This document shows positions 1 through 14,300 of a stretch of DNA of 64,000 bases, in pieces; position 1 is the first letter of the stretch; every line of letters begins with the position of its first letter. A program made the position numbers and the translations under genes. The stretch is taken from the NCBI RefSeq assembly GCF_009834535.1, contig NC_045697.1, forward strand, positions 44,456,001-44,520,000. The letters run 5' to 3'. This stretch comes from Camelus ferus (Eukaryota). The notes below the pieces were generated by a model that saw only the letters and a program-made list of their open reading frames with translations, was not told where the DNA came from and did not search any database.

Positions 1-535
<535 letters not shown>

Positions 536-2819
536 AGATGGCTAGACCGTAGGATTTTGAGGGCAAGGATGAGGTATACCCTGCTTACAGCTATATCTCA
601 AAGCACACCACAGTACTTGGGACATGTACATAATTCAAGTATCTGCTGAAAGAATGGCGTCCATGTATGACAAACGTCTTAAAAATTACCTGATCACCAT
701 GATTCTTTCTTGGTAATCAGAACACCTACAGAATACGCCATCAGAAGGTGATGTGCAAAACAATTCAGATATAAGTAACCTGTCAGTAACCAATGATTTC
801 TCTTAGGTTAAAATGCATTTACTTGCAATTGTAGCACACGTATCTTTCCAAATCCAATGACGCATTCGATAAAATTTTAGTGTCGATTATATGCTAAGAT
901 ATGCTAGTCCCTGAGTGGGGCATAAAGGCGACTGAACAGATAAACAAGTCACAATCCCTTTTCTCAAAAAGCTAATAAGCTTTTTAAGAACTTAGTGGGG
1001 GGAAAGGGGGGATGACAGGTAAACAAACAACTGTAATGTGGTACAACGGGTGAGACAAGCAGAGCATGCACAGAATGCTGTGCAGATCCAGGGTACAATG
1101 GCCCTGCAGCAGTCTTAGCAATAACCAGTCTAAAAAACAGAAAACAAACATATGCTATGAATGTAGGCCCCAGGTATATAATTCAGAGAAAGCCTTACAT
1201 TTTAAGGGAAACTATAATCAGGTGGAATCCAAGAAGTCTGTTTATTTAAATTTATTCATTCATTTATTCAAGTCTGTACTAAATGCCCAGTACAGGGCAG
1301 GCCTTTGTGGAAAGGGCTGAGGGTATAATTGTGAGCAAAACCCATGCGTGATCCCTAATCTCAAGGAGTCCAGTAGCAGAAACAGACATTAAACTTAAGA
1401 AAGTACTTTAATAAATGGTACAAATGAGAGGTACATACTACCATTAGGGCATAAAACAGGAAAGTCTGATCGAGTGAGGGAAGTCAGGGAAGGCTTTGCT
1501 GGAGAAGTGACCACAGAACTGAGACCTAAAGCAATGATTCTCAAAGTGAGGCCAGGACCTGCAGTCCTTTCAGAAGACCCAATTCTAAGTTCAACTTAAA
1601 TTGCAAATGAAAATACACAACACAAGAAAGTTATTATGGCTTTTTAAAAATGGTGGGACTTAAGTGGTTACCTCTCTTCATGATACATTATTCAAATTTC
1701 ACCTGCCCTAGAAAAAATAAAGAAGTCATTCAATTTTGCTTGTTCTGTGTGGCATTCCAGTAAGTAATGGATCACTCAGCAGATTCAGGATAAACAGTGT
1801 GATCAGGCAAAATTTTCAGCATACTTGACACAAAAGCCTTGCTTAAGCTCAATAAAAACTCATTCTTGGTCTTAAAGAAGGAAAACGAAGAGCTAAGATT
1901 GACAGCTTTCTCTTACCGCGAGAGATTCCTTTTACTGCGCTGATGTATTTCTGATTTTCTGCTTTTTCAGTTTTCCCATTATGCCCTCCCTATTCCTTTT
2001 TTTCTCCTACTTAACACCTCTCCCACACTCCTGCACTGTGGGATGACTGCAAAACGCCCCCCTCCCTTGAGAATGCCACCTCAGAAGACATAGCAGAACT
2101 GAAGGGACCCAGACACAGCCACTCCTCTAATAGGCAAACACACGTCCACAAAGGAAGAAGTTCAAAACAAAAGTTATAGTTGCACTGGGCATGCTGCAAA
2201 ATAATTGGAAACAATCTAAATCTTTTATCAGCTAGAGAATAAACTGGGGTACATTCATACTCATTATGCAGCAATTAAAAATGAATGTACTGAGAGTATT
2301 TACCAACATGAATAGAAACTAGAATATGAATAAAACTCTAATACAAAATGGGATGTATTCAGGCCCTGTTATAGCTGCAATGTTTTATTTCTTTAACACC
2401 TGAAACAAACATATTATCAAAATTTAATTCGCTTTGTGGTGGGGCGCATGGTCACTAGATTACTCTTTATTCTTGCTTATTTTAAATGTGTTACAATTAA
2501 AAAACAAACAAGCCAGCAGCTTTGACCCTTCATCCTACACTTTTCTCACTTGGTCATTCCCCTCCAGTGTCCTGCCTCCACTATTTCCCAACTCCCAAGC
2601 AACTAGAAATACTCCCAGCGGAAAACTTCTGATCAGGTTCAGGGCTGCCCAGTAACTGAAGAGCTGAAGAACTCAAAAGTTATAGAAAGGCATGCAGTGC
2701 TACACTACTTTGTGCTTCACAAAGTCGAATTTCCTATATCCAGCTTTACTGGTACCAAGAACAATTCATGGAAAGCCTGTTAATCCTGAGAGCCCAGGTT
2801 CTTAACCTCTGAGAGCCAG

Positions 2820-2990
2820 CAGATGAAGAGCACAGACTCTGGGCAGCATGCCAGGCTAGGATCCTCCCTCAGCCTTTCACTAGCTGTGTTCAAGTAACTT
2901 ATCCTTTCTCAGCCTGCTTCCTCATCTGCTAAATGGCAATGATAGTACCAAAGTCACTGCAGTCATTAGAGGTAATTAGATGGATGAAAG
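2820..2990 (+). mobile_element. MIR SINE remnant
   Basis: AGAGCACAGACTCTGG...CACTAGCTGTG...CAAGTAACTT...CCTCATCTGCTAAATGG core. Confidence 0.6.
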
Positions 2991-4629
2991 CACCCAGTAC
3001 CTTAACCACTAATTATATACCCACAAACATTTAAACAGGGCAAGGATCTTCTTTACCCCGATTCAGTGATAATAGCAGAGAAGTCCCTAGAGGATAAATA
3101 ACAAGCACAGCCAACTCATTCATTCAACATTTACTGAGGACCTACTGAGTTGCCAGGCACTTCTGATAACGGAGTTATGAACCATAGTCCCTCTCCTCAA
3201 AGAACTCATGGAAATAAAAGGTCAAGGTTTCAAACAATTCTGAACTTTTGGGAAAAGGCTGAGAAATCAGAAATTACTTTAGGACTCCTGGTCATCCAAT
3301 TTGCCTCTTTCCTCTATATATAAAACTTTTCCCCTGCACAAAGTAAACAAAGCTAGGCAATGAAGCTAGAACTCAGTAAAACTGGAATATCAGTATTACC
3401 TGGGATTGGCAAATTAGCAGACTGTTCTACTTTGGTGCAAAAGTGTTACTGCATAACATAAAAGTACATGGAGCAAATAACTGAATTGTGAAGATTTTAA
3501 CTATTCTTTCTTATTGAGCATCCATCACGCAAAATAAATAAAATGCTTCGAGTTGCTTATTTTTAAAAGCTAGTAATTATACCACAGCCTGATATATATT
3601 ATGATACCAGATAAGAATGCTCTAAAAATAGACTTTTTAAAGCTAGTGCTTATTGTCCAAGCCTGCCCACTGAAAACTTTCAGGCTTTAAAAGGAATTCC
3701 AGAAATAACTGTGATGATAAACGTTTTAACTTCAGTTATAATCCATTTACAGATAATTTCAGAATACTATAATATGGGAAAAAAATGCTGAAATAAATCC
3801 AGGATTCTACAAACGTGTGAATATTTTTAGTCCACCAGGAGGCCTCCACGGGGTTGTTACAGTTTAGTAGTACATATAACAAAAGGCTATGGAACTAAAT
3901 GAGAGTATTTGTCTTTCAGGGGCCTATGATTCAATTCCACTAAATGCTAGAGGGGATACTATGCAAGCAGCAATTTGTATCACTTTACACAACTCAATGA
4001 TAGCATTCTGAAAGAGCTCCATTAAGGGCCACAAAATTTCTGAAGACCTAATTAAAGAAGTTGCCTCATAAATGTTTAGAAGGCCAAGTATGGATTTGTT
4101 TTATGGTCAAGTGGTCATTTTAATGAAAAGGTCATTGAATCAATAAAAATAAAATTGTTGCTATAATATGTACTCAAGTCTCCTTTGAAGAAAATGGGCA
4201 ATAAAAAGGTAATGGGAAATACTCAGAGTACTACAGCTATTTAAAGAAACGATTTAAAAGCCTTCCAAAGGAACCACACAATGCAAATGATTTATAGTAC
4301 TTGAGAACTGGACATCTTTTCAGCCAGAAAATTAAACAACACAAAGGCAATTATTGATGGGCTATTATTTCTCTATGAATCTCAGAGGATAAAAAGCAAA
4401 GGAAATTTAAGTAGCTTGAGGGGTCTTAAAAACAAATTACATTCTCTAAATAAGAAATAAAACAGATACATAGAGCATAATGTTATTTTGGGGAATATCT
4501 AACAGATAGAACAAAATCTAAAAGAATATGGACATAAAGGTTTACAAAGGTTTTCTGTGGGTCATGAGATTTCAAGGGAAAAAAATTTTCTTTTTTGATG
4601 TATCTATTTTCTACAATGAAAGTGTATGA

Positions 4630-4910
4630 TCTTTTTTTAAACTGAGATACAATTGACATATAACAGTATGTTAGTCTCAGGTGGACAACATAATGGTTCA
4701 ATATTTGCGTATATTGTGAAATGATCACCACAGTAAGTCTAGTTGACACCCACCACCACACAGTAAGACAAAGTTTTTTCTTATGATGAGAACTTTTAAG
4801 ATCTATACTCTTCACAACCTTAAAATATACAATACAGTATTATTAACCACAGTTACCATGTTGTATATTATATCCTTATGACTTACTTATTTTAAAACTA
4901 GAAATGTGTA
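4630..4910 (-). mobile_element. L1 (L1MA-type) 3' end fragment
   Basis: Poly-T then GATACAATTGACATATAACAGTATG...GATGAGAACTTTTAAGATCTATACTCTT...; antisense L1 3'UTR pattern. Confidence 0.7.
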
Positions 4911-5879
4911 CCTGCTTGAACACTTCTAATGATGGGGAATTTACTACCTCTTGGAGTGGTCCATACTATCCAACAGATAGCTTCAGCAGTTGTGGTATCA
5001 GAATTGCTCCTTAAATATCCTTCCTGAAGACCATACTAGGAATTACCAAGAGAAGTTTTGGTGCTCTGGCTTCTACACAGGGCCACATGGGGCTCAGGAA
5101 TTATAACTCTGCTGTCCCTATTTTCATGGGGTAAGCAGAGACATAACCATTCCCCTTTGAAAGCTGAAGACTTTAGAATATTAGATTTCACCTGCAGTCA
5201 GAAAGAATTAATAAACGTGCTGCTCATAAGACAAAAGTATCTTCTAAATCCCATTAAGATTAAACTGCAATTAAAGAAAGATAAACTATAATCTAATTAA
5301 TTGCAGTGAATCACATCTCACAAGAAAAGGTTATCATTACAAGGGGCTAGCAGTTGGGATAAGGTTTAAAGAAGCAGCAGAGAGACAGAATACCCGTAAC
5401 TCATGATTTCCAGAGAGGGAACAGAGTCCTATTCCTTAAGTGTGGAGGGGAAGGGGAAGGAACTGACGTTTAACTGTGAATCCACCTACCATCCCTGCAA
5501 GGTGCCCCCTTGTGAACAGATGAAGAAACTGAGGTTCAAAAATGGTTCACTACTGGCACAAAGTAAAGCCACGATTCAAACCCAGGCCTATCAAATCCCA
5601 ATGCATGAGCCTATCCAGCTGTGTGGGTGGATGACTTCAGGGAGCACAGCTCACTAGGACCACCCAACTCCCTGGATCTGATATTATATTCTCTATAGAA
5701 ATTTCTAACACATCTTTTCTCAAAGAGACTTCTACAAAGAAAATGAGAGATTCTGGTTCACCAGACAGTTCTGTAATAGTTCCAGTAAATAGGAATAATA
5801 TGAGTAGTCGTAGTAATAGTGGGATTAACTGCCAGCATTTACTGAGCACTCACTATTCCAGGCACTTCTCTATCTACAG

Positions 5880-6250
5880 CCAATCTTTAGTGATGGCATC
5901 TAATCCATGATTTTTAAATACCGTCTATTGCCGATGACCCCTAAATCCACAGCTTTAGCCTGGACCTTCTGTCTGAACTCCAGACTGGTTTTCAACTGCC
6001 TATCCCAGATGTCTGAAACAAGACTCTTGCTTCTACCCCTAAACTCTCCTTCTCCCACATCTCCGCGACCTCCATAAGTGGCAGCTCCATCCTTCCAGAT
6101 CCTCAGGTCAAAAGCCTTAGTCATCTTTGACTCGTTTCTCTCACACTCCACATCCAATCAATTCATCAGCAAATCCTGTCAGCCCTACCTTCAAAATATA
6201 TTCAGAATCTAATCACTTCTCACCATGGCCACTGCTACCAAGCACTCCAA
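5880..6250. mobile_element. L2 LINE remnant
   Basis: CTGAACTCCAGACT...CAGCAAATCCTGTCAGCCCTACCTTCAAAATATATTCAGAATCTAATCACTTCTCACC, typical of L2. Confidence 0.7.
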
Positions 6251-6407
6251 ATTTACTCAATGAATTTATTAATGAATGGCCTGAATGATGTCATTTCAAC
6301 CCTCATAATAACCCTGTGAAATAAGTGCTCTTATTTCCTCCATTTTACAGAGGCACATAAAGGTTAAGTCTAAGTTAAGAAGCTCTGATTTTACTTTAGC
6401 AATCAGA

Positions 6408-6502
6408 TTTTTTTTTTATTCTTTTGATGGAGGTACAGGGGATTGAACCCAAGACCCATGCATGCTAAGCACGTGCTCTACCACTGAGCTATACCCTCCC
6501 CT
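6408..6502 (-). mobile_element. tRNA-Ala-derived SINE (Vic-1-like)
   Basis: Reverse complement GGGGAGGGTATAGCTCAGTGGTAGAGCAC...GGGTTCAATCCCC with A/B boxes and A-rich tail; short CAATCA duplication on both sides. Confidence 0.85.
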
Positions 6503-8344
6503 CAATCAAGTCCTTTTTTTTCAGTTCGAAGAGTCAGATCCCTAGAGCCTGATCATCCCGGTCGAAGGCATTTAATTAACTTACTGAACTTACAATGCTG
6601 TGGACCCACAGCAGTGGGGCCCAGTGCAGGAGTCAGCCAGCCTCCTGCAGCATATCAGCTTAACTGCCAAGCACTGGTCCGACCATGAGCTCCTCTCCAA
6701 AGTCCTACCTAAGTCCCACTGCTGGGGTTACCACTAGTTTCCAAACCCCATATGTTAGTCTCTCTTTACTCAGCACTACTTTTTAGACTTAAGAAAAGGA
6801 ATTTGTTAGGAGGTCACATAATGAATCACTGAAAAGAAAATCAAGTTAAGAAATGGACTACTCACGTACATACCTAGAAGACAAAGAACCCTTTTCTGTA
6901 TTAAAGAATTCTGTCCTTGAAAAGAAATCTCTGTTTCTGAAATGGAGTCCCCTGGGAAGGTTCCAATGAGGTTCCAGGAAGGCCTTTGAGGACAGGACTA
7001 CCGGCTTTCCACACAGCGCAGAGAGGTGATGCTGGAGAACTGGATGCTGTGGGACCAGAGTGGGTGGCTTCCACCCCTTCTGACTCCTGCCTCCACCAAA
7101 ACCAATTTTGAATATTAAATTAAATGACTTTATAAAAGTGAAAATCAAAAGTTTTATTTAAAAATAAGCTTTTACTGTAAAAAAAAGTGCCTTTTTTTTT
7201 CGTGGAGGCATGACAAGGGGTCAGCTGTGAGAATGGAAAATTTTAAGAACCATCAGACAAGGTAGGACTTTTCAGAGCTAAACACAGGATATCCTTTAAA
7301 AGTTCATCAGAATCGCTTCTATATGTAATCTAAAAAACAAAAGGGACACAGATGAACTAATTATTTATAACTTAGATGAACATTTGACTGTCCTTTATGA
7401 TTGGATTACTGCATTCTGTTGATTCTTATTTTGTGGTTGGCTTTATTCCTTTGATAACCAAGTTTAAAAAGCTAAAGCTCTAAACTGTTCTTACAATGAA
7501 CAGTACATATACATAAATTTTTTAAAAATTTGCAGTATATTGTATATATGTATTTACATGTAATATATTGGATATGTGCAGTCATTGTTTAAATTTTACC
7601 TAATAAAACTGAAAAATGAAAAAAAAGTTTATTAGCACAAGATAAATGCCCATTTCAGTGTTTTTACAACAGGGGTTATATATTAGAATTGGTACCTTTT
7701 TGGGGTTGATGTGACTACATTTCTTTCGAGGATATAAGTGACTTTACTGTATGCAAAGGAAAAAAATCCAAAGGAATATCCACCAAACTCTTAATGAGTA
7801 CTGCTGAGTGGTAGAAGCAAAAGAGGCATTCACTCTCTACATTATATTCTTCTGTAATTTATAACAAGTGTGAACTCACTTTTGAGGAAAAATACATTAT
7901 CCTCACATTAACAGATACAAGTTTCCATATAATAATATTTAGCTCTTTAACTTCATTTTAACTGTTAATAAAATTTCTGTTTCTTATGGCTTTTAATTTC
8001 CACTATTAACTGATTTCTTTCTCTAAAACTTGCAGATTTTAGAAATGTTGGGTCAATGAATATTCTAATGCCACTTTAGAGATGTCAGTTAAATTGCATA
8101 TTGTGCAAATAAGATAAAGTATCACTTGAGGAAATCTGAAACAGCAAGGAGAGCAGAGGTGGGAGAAACAATGCCAGCCCCTCCCGTGCCCATTCTGGAA
8201 TGTGTCATATCACCATCAACAAGCATTTGCTGAATGCCTTCTGTGCAAGCAGCATGCCAGGCTCTGGTCTCTGTCTGTTAAGGAGCTCTTGGCATTGCTG
8301 GAAAACATCACACACAGATACCACCACGAGGCAGCATCTGCCGC

Positions 8345-8787
8345 AGTGACAAATACATGGCCCTGCAGAGCAGAGAGAGAGGACTTTGAAATTCCTGCTT
8401 TCAGAAGACTTTGCAGACATGATTTAAACTAAGGCTCTCAAGATGGGGCGATTACCCTGGATTATCTAGTCGGACTTCATACAATCATAAAGTCCTTGTA
8501 AGTGAAAGATAGAAGGAGGGTCAGAGTCAACATCAGAGACTGAAGGATCAATCTGAAGATGCTACACTGCTGGCTTTGAAGACAGAGGAAGGCCCAAGAG
8601 CCAGGGAATGTGGGTAGCCTCTAGAAGCTGGAAAAGCAAGGAAAAGAGTTTCCCCCTAGTCTCCAGAAGGAACACAGCTCTGTCAACACCTGAGGCCCAC
8701 TTCAGAGTTCTGACCCTCCAGAACAGTATGACAAATCTGTACTGTGTTAAAACCACTATGTTTGTGATCATATAGGGAACTAACACA
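8345..8787 (+). mobile_element. MLT1 (MaLR) solo LTR
   Basis: GACTTTGCAGACATGATT, GCTGGCTTTGAAGACAGAGGAAGG, CCTCTAGAAGCTGGAAAAGCAAGGAAA; ends AACTAACACA. Confidence 0.8.
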
Positions 8788-9319
8788 GCAGGTTAAAGCA
8801 AGGTATTCACCTGCCCATCTGCCAAAATACCCAAAGCCTTATTACGCAGGTCCCTATCGTACACACATTCAGTGAAATGTTTGCACTAACAAACTATCTA
8901 GAAAACACAAGATGGTGGTAGTGGGGGAGAGGAGGGATCCACAAGGGAATTTTGGAGATCTGTCAGGAATTTTCAGGCCTATTATCCTGCCTTCCTTCAA
9001 GTACATGTAACTCCTTTCTATTTGTCCTTTAAGAAAGGTACTTTCGCTTTACAGTTCAGTTTCTGGAAGACAATTTGCAAAAGCTGGGGAAGTGGCCAAC
9101 TGCTTAATGCTTTGGTGCCTACCAGCTTATTTTAGTTTCTTGCCCTCTTTTGTCAATTTACTTGACTTTTGAGAGGCTTTGGTTCTGTTAATTAGGACAG
9201 ACCTCTTCTAATTCACCTACACTCTCTTGGTCTGTAGATCATCTCCAATGAGCCATGAGAAAAGAGAAGCAGTAAGAGACCTAGCCATAGATAGACTTAC
9301 GAATCTGTGCAAAGCCTAA

Positions 9320-10112
9320 CTACTCAGAATGCAGTCCATGGACCAGCACATCAACATCCCCTGGAAACCTGTTTGAAATTCAGCATCAAGTTCCACTCCA
9401 CATTATTCAGCCATAAAAAAGAATGAAATTTTACCATTTGTGACAACATAGATGGACCTAAAGGGTATTATGCTGTGAAATAAGTCAGATAGAGAAAGAC
9501 AAATACCGTATGATGTCACACATTGAAAAAACAAAACAAGTGAACAAATAGAACAGACTCACAGATACAGTGAACACACAGGTGGCTGCCAGAGGGGAGG
9601 GGGTTGGAGGGATTAGTGAAATGGATGTGAGAGATTAAAAGACACAAATTTCCAGTTATAAAATAAATAAGGATGAAATGTATAGCATGGGGAATAATAC
9701 AGTCAACTGTAATCCTTTGTATGGTGACAGATGGTAACCAGACATGTCACGGTGCATTTTATAATGTATAGAAATATCAAATCACTATTTTGTACACCTG
9801 GAACTAACACAGTGTTGGAGGCCAGTTATACTTCCATTTTTAAAAAAATGTAGACACTGGGAAGAAATGCATGAAAATGCAAATGATGGTTACTTCTGGT
9901 GCATGGGGACTATGAGTGATTGTTAATTTTTACTTAAGGCTTTTATATATTTCTAATTATCTGCAATGAACATGTATTGCTTGTAAAGTTAGAAAGAAAA
10001 CAATGTCATTAAAGATGAAAAAAAAGTTCCATTCCAGATCTTCTGAATCAAAGACTACATTTTAACAAGATCTCCAGATGATTTGTATACACATTCAAGT
10101 CTGAGACACACG
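9320..10112. mobile_element. MER5-type hAT element split in two (about 9320-9400 and 10024-10112) by an L1 insertion
   Basis: Left half CTACTCAGAATGCAGTCCATGGACCAGCAC...; right half CAGATCTTCTGAATCA...CATTTTAACAAGATCTCCAGATGATTTGTATACACATTCAAGTCTGAGA. Confidence 0.75.
9401..10023 (+). mobile_element. 5'-truncated L1 3' end (to about 9850) plus about 170 bp extra sequence before the final A-tract
   Basis: TATTCAGCCATAAAAAAGAATGAAATTTTACCATTTG...; flanked by AAGTTCCACTCCA (9388-9400) and AAGTTCCATTCCA (10024-10036). Confidence 0.8.
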
Positions 10113-10216
10113 GATATAAAAAGCCATTGGCAATGGTACTCACCATGACCCTCTTCATAAATTTCAGGGACAAATATCCTCAAAAGGTTCATACTTTCAG
10201 TTAATGGAAGCTTCTT

Positions 10217-10407
10217 TTTTTTTAAATTTATTAATTGATTAATTTTTATTGAAGTACCATCAGTTACAATGTCTCAATTCCTAGTGTACAGCACAATGAA
10301 TGTTCCAGTCATGCATATGCATACATATATTTGTTTTCAGATTCTCTTTCATTAAAGGTTATTACAAGATACTGAACATAGTTCCCTGTGCTCTACAGCA
10401 GAAACTT
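10217..10407 (-). mobile_element. Young L1 3'-terminal fragment
   Basis: Perfect 10-bp target-site duplication GAAGCTTCTT (10207-10216, 10408-10417); same family as copies near 28.3, 33.8, 38.1 and 39.8 kb. Confidence 0.8.
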
Positions 10408-10754
10408 GAAGCTTCTTAATTTTTACAAAGATTTTACTTTCAAGCACAAAAGTTTTCCTAAGGTATAAATGAAAAAAAAGAAAAACATGCCCCTCTACTC
10501 TCCCTGGCAAGATTTGTTGAGATGGTGGATGAAATATTGACGTAAATGTATTTATTTTATGAAGTTTTTTCAAGGGTTAGAACATTCAGTAAATGTTCAT
10601 AGCCTTATGAGGTTGATATCCCCACAGTACAGCTGAGGAAATACATACCTGGACTCAGAGACATGAACTTGCCATAAAATCATTTAGGCAGGAGCCAAAA
10701 TGCTAACCCAGACTCGCACAGTCCCTAAGACCATCCTTATAAATACCACTCTAT

Positions 10755-11397
10755 ACAGCCAGTCCTCATTATTTGAAGATTCTGTATTTGCAAATTCTCC
10801 TATCACTAATATTTATTTGTAATCCCCAAATCATTACTCACTGCCTATTCCTGATTTTCTGAGGACAGGTACATATGTGAACAGAATGGCAAAAATTTTG
10901 AAACACCAGAGACAACACTTTCCCAGAATGAGGTGATGCTCTGCCTTCTTATTTCACCTCTCATGTTTTAAATGAGTCCTTTTCAAAATCTAATATATTA
11001 TACATTAAATATACATATTAATATATATAATATTTAGTGCCATATTTTTCACATTTTGTGCCTTTTGTTGGTGATTTTGCAGTTTAAGATGGCCCCCAAG
11101 CAAAGAGCTAAAGCACTGTCAAGTGTTTCTAAGGGCAAGAAAGCTGCCTTATGGAGAAAATACAAGTGTTAAAGCATTAGTGCCATTGGCAGTGAGCTCA
11201 ATGTTAATGACTCAACGATATACATTAAATAAGGCAAAAAGAAACACACATAAAACAAGGTTATGTATCAATCAGTTGACAAAAATGTGACCAGAGGCCC
11301 GCAGGAACCTAATCCTGCATTTCATCTGGGGACAATGATTCAGTATTTGCTAAGATGGTGTTCACAGTGACTTTATAGAACACAACTACCCCAACTG
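10755..11397. mobile_element. MER82-like Tigger non-autonomous DNA transposon
   Basis: TACAGCCAGTCCTCATTATTTGAAGATTCTGTATTTGCAAATT start; GACTTTATAGAACACAACTACC...ACTG end. Confidence 0.7.
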
Positions 11398-14300
11398 TTG
11401 TTACGTGTACTAACCTGACATGTAACAGGGAAGGCACCAAATTACAGAGCACTTTCAGAAACAAGATCATTTTCTCCAACTCAAAAGCAATGGTTGAAGG
11501 TTCTTGACAGGATAACCACAGGACTGGTAATGGTGTTATTTCATAGCTTACAGGCTAAAAACATTAGAATAATACAATGCACAAAGTCAGAAAGTGGATA
11601 TTACATCACCACAGACAAAAGATCAAGTGGTGGCTCCATGGGATGGGTGCAGGATGATTCAGGGGGATGAGGGAAGAGAATACAACAATATTCATTCATA
11701 TTTACTCTTTAGATCTCATCTTTAAATTCCAAGTCACTTTATAACTTAATATAGTACAATAACATGTGTACACAATAAATTATATTGGTAGTGCCTACAG
11801 TATAATTTTGCTGATGGTGTACACGACCAAACAATGTTGGGAGATCACCACTGTAGAGGATCAAAGTCAGCACCTGAAAAGAAAAGAAACTCAAGAGGCG
11901 TTGTGTCCTGCAATGAGGGGCAAGGCTGGGGTGCTGAAGACTCAGATGCACTGGGAACATCTTAGGAAAGCTGGGTTCTATTCTGCTCTGCCTGCAACAA
12001 GTTGTGATGATCCTCACACAGGACATTCCCTCCAGGCATCAACTGATTGATGTGAGAAATTAATTATCTGGTTGTGACACTGACTAGATGATCCAAGCTA
12101 GGAACCCTTCCTGCTCTAGAAATTTGACCATTCTGACCCAAAGGAAATAAGACATAATAGCAGGTAAGTAATACCATTGTTTACTGTTGCCTGGAGCCTA
12201 AAGACTGGAGGCATGCCCTGATAGAACCACAGGCTGCTCACAGAACACCACTTCCCAGACTGGGAAGATGCTATGGAATTCCGTAAGATATCCAGGACTG
12301 CTAGTGCTAGATAGTTCAGTTGCATAATATACACATTCAACTGTAAGTGCTCAGTGGGAAAAAAATAAGAGAAAGAGAAGAAATAACCATAACAATGCTG
12401 GCATATCCATCTGCCATTCCAGTCGATGAAGGTGTTCTGTTCCCTGGGACAGTCTCAGGCTCCAGTGTCTCTTATAGCATGAATGGTTTGGTGTGAGGCT
12501 AATGTGTGACACAGTATCATTTTTCATCTACATCACCTATTCCCAAACTAAATACTTCCTCTGATGCTCTTGGAAAGAAGAAGGGATTCATTTCAACTCT
12601 GAAGGGAAAATGGCTGCATGACTTACTGACAGATGAAATCAGTCTCCAAAGAGGACTGACTTCCTAAGGGTATTTCAAAGGCAATTATTGACAATGCTCA
12701 ATTTTCACAGTATACACTGACTGTAGAACCAAACCCCCAAATAAAGTAAGACTCAACTATAGTTATTCTGTTCCGAGGGTTCACTCCTAAGCCTATCACC
12801 AAGAGGTGGTGTAAATTGAAATTTGCTACTATATACTTTTATGGTACTTCTTCCTGATTAAAGCACTCTCATTTAACACCCACAGAGGCCAGGCAAAGAA
12901 GATGGAACAAGCTCTGTGGTTCCCATTTCAGCGATCCAGTGCAATAAAAATAGAAAGAGTAAAGACTATGGAGTCAGACAATTTGGTTTCAAATCCCAGG
13001 CATATTGTTCAATTTTTCAGAGCCTTATTTTCCTGTTAGTAAAATGCAAACAATACACACACCTCACACAGTTTCTGAGGATGAGTCAAAGTATACAAGT
13101 CGCATATATACAATAGTCAGTGTTTCCTTTCATCATGCTACAGGAAGTAGGGCTACAAGTTCACACACCTAATGTGACTAATGAAGCCCAAAGCAAAACA
13201 TCTCCCAATTCACAGCTACATGCTCAGAGGTTCAAGGACATAATATACCATTTCTTTAAAAGGTGTTGAAAAGATAAAAGATACTCTGCTAAAAGTTTTT
13301 TGGTTCAAGTAAATTTGTGAAATGCCAGTCTCTTGAAGGCTGACAAAGCATATATGTGCGTACAAGTGTGTGTATGATATAAAGGCTGAGAAGGTGTGCA
13401 ACAAATAAATCTGGTTGAATATGTATAGAACATTTCTCCAAAATGCATTTAAAAATGGAATCCTTTTTTGCGTGATTACTATCAACATCCACATAAACAA
13501 TGTTCTGAACACACTTTTAGAAACACTAGTTTCGATAAATCAATACATAACAAATAGGCTATTATATCATAATAGATTAGTTAATATTAATATAAATAAT
13601 TATAATAGGTTATAGGACAAAAAACAAGAAACTACCCTTTAAACAAGATCCCTGAATAGTATTTTTGCAGCCTGTCTTGAATTTGCCTATAGTCTGGAGT
13701 CAAGTCCACCCAAAATCTATTTAGACTACTAAGATATTTTTATTCACAGAAAGCTCTCAGAATAAGTCTGCCAGAAACAAAGATTCCAAGAAGCAGATCC
13801 TGTCATCTTACAGAAGACAAATTGGGGAAAAAAGATGAGAGAGACGCTTTATGTTTTGTTACAAAATGGCTTTGCATGAGGTATCTTACTCTCTAAACTA
13901 ACTTTCCAAGAACAGCACGTATCTTATGCCACATTACTAACTTTCCCATCATTATCTCTGGTCTCCTATTGACGGTGGAAAGCAAGAGAAAGCCAGGATG
14001 GAGACAGTGCCTTGTAAACTATAAACCATAAAGACGAGGAACCATATTTTTCTTTGAAAACTACAAGAGAGCAGTTATTGTCACAATCAACAAGAAAAAG
14101 AAAGTCAACTCAATTATCAGCATTTGGCCAATCCCGGTTTTTCTGCAGAGGCCTCAGGTGTGCTTAAAAACGTGGGAAAATGCCAAACTAGATTTCTTAA
14201 GAACTTTTGCTAGGATGTCAAGGTACTGTGGCATTTCCAAAAAATTTGTAAGCAGTTGTTCTACTGGAGTCCTAAAACTGTACATTGTTTTGTTATAACC

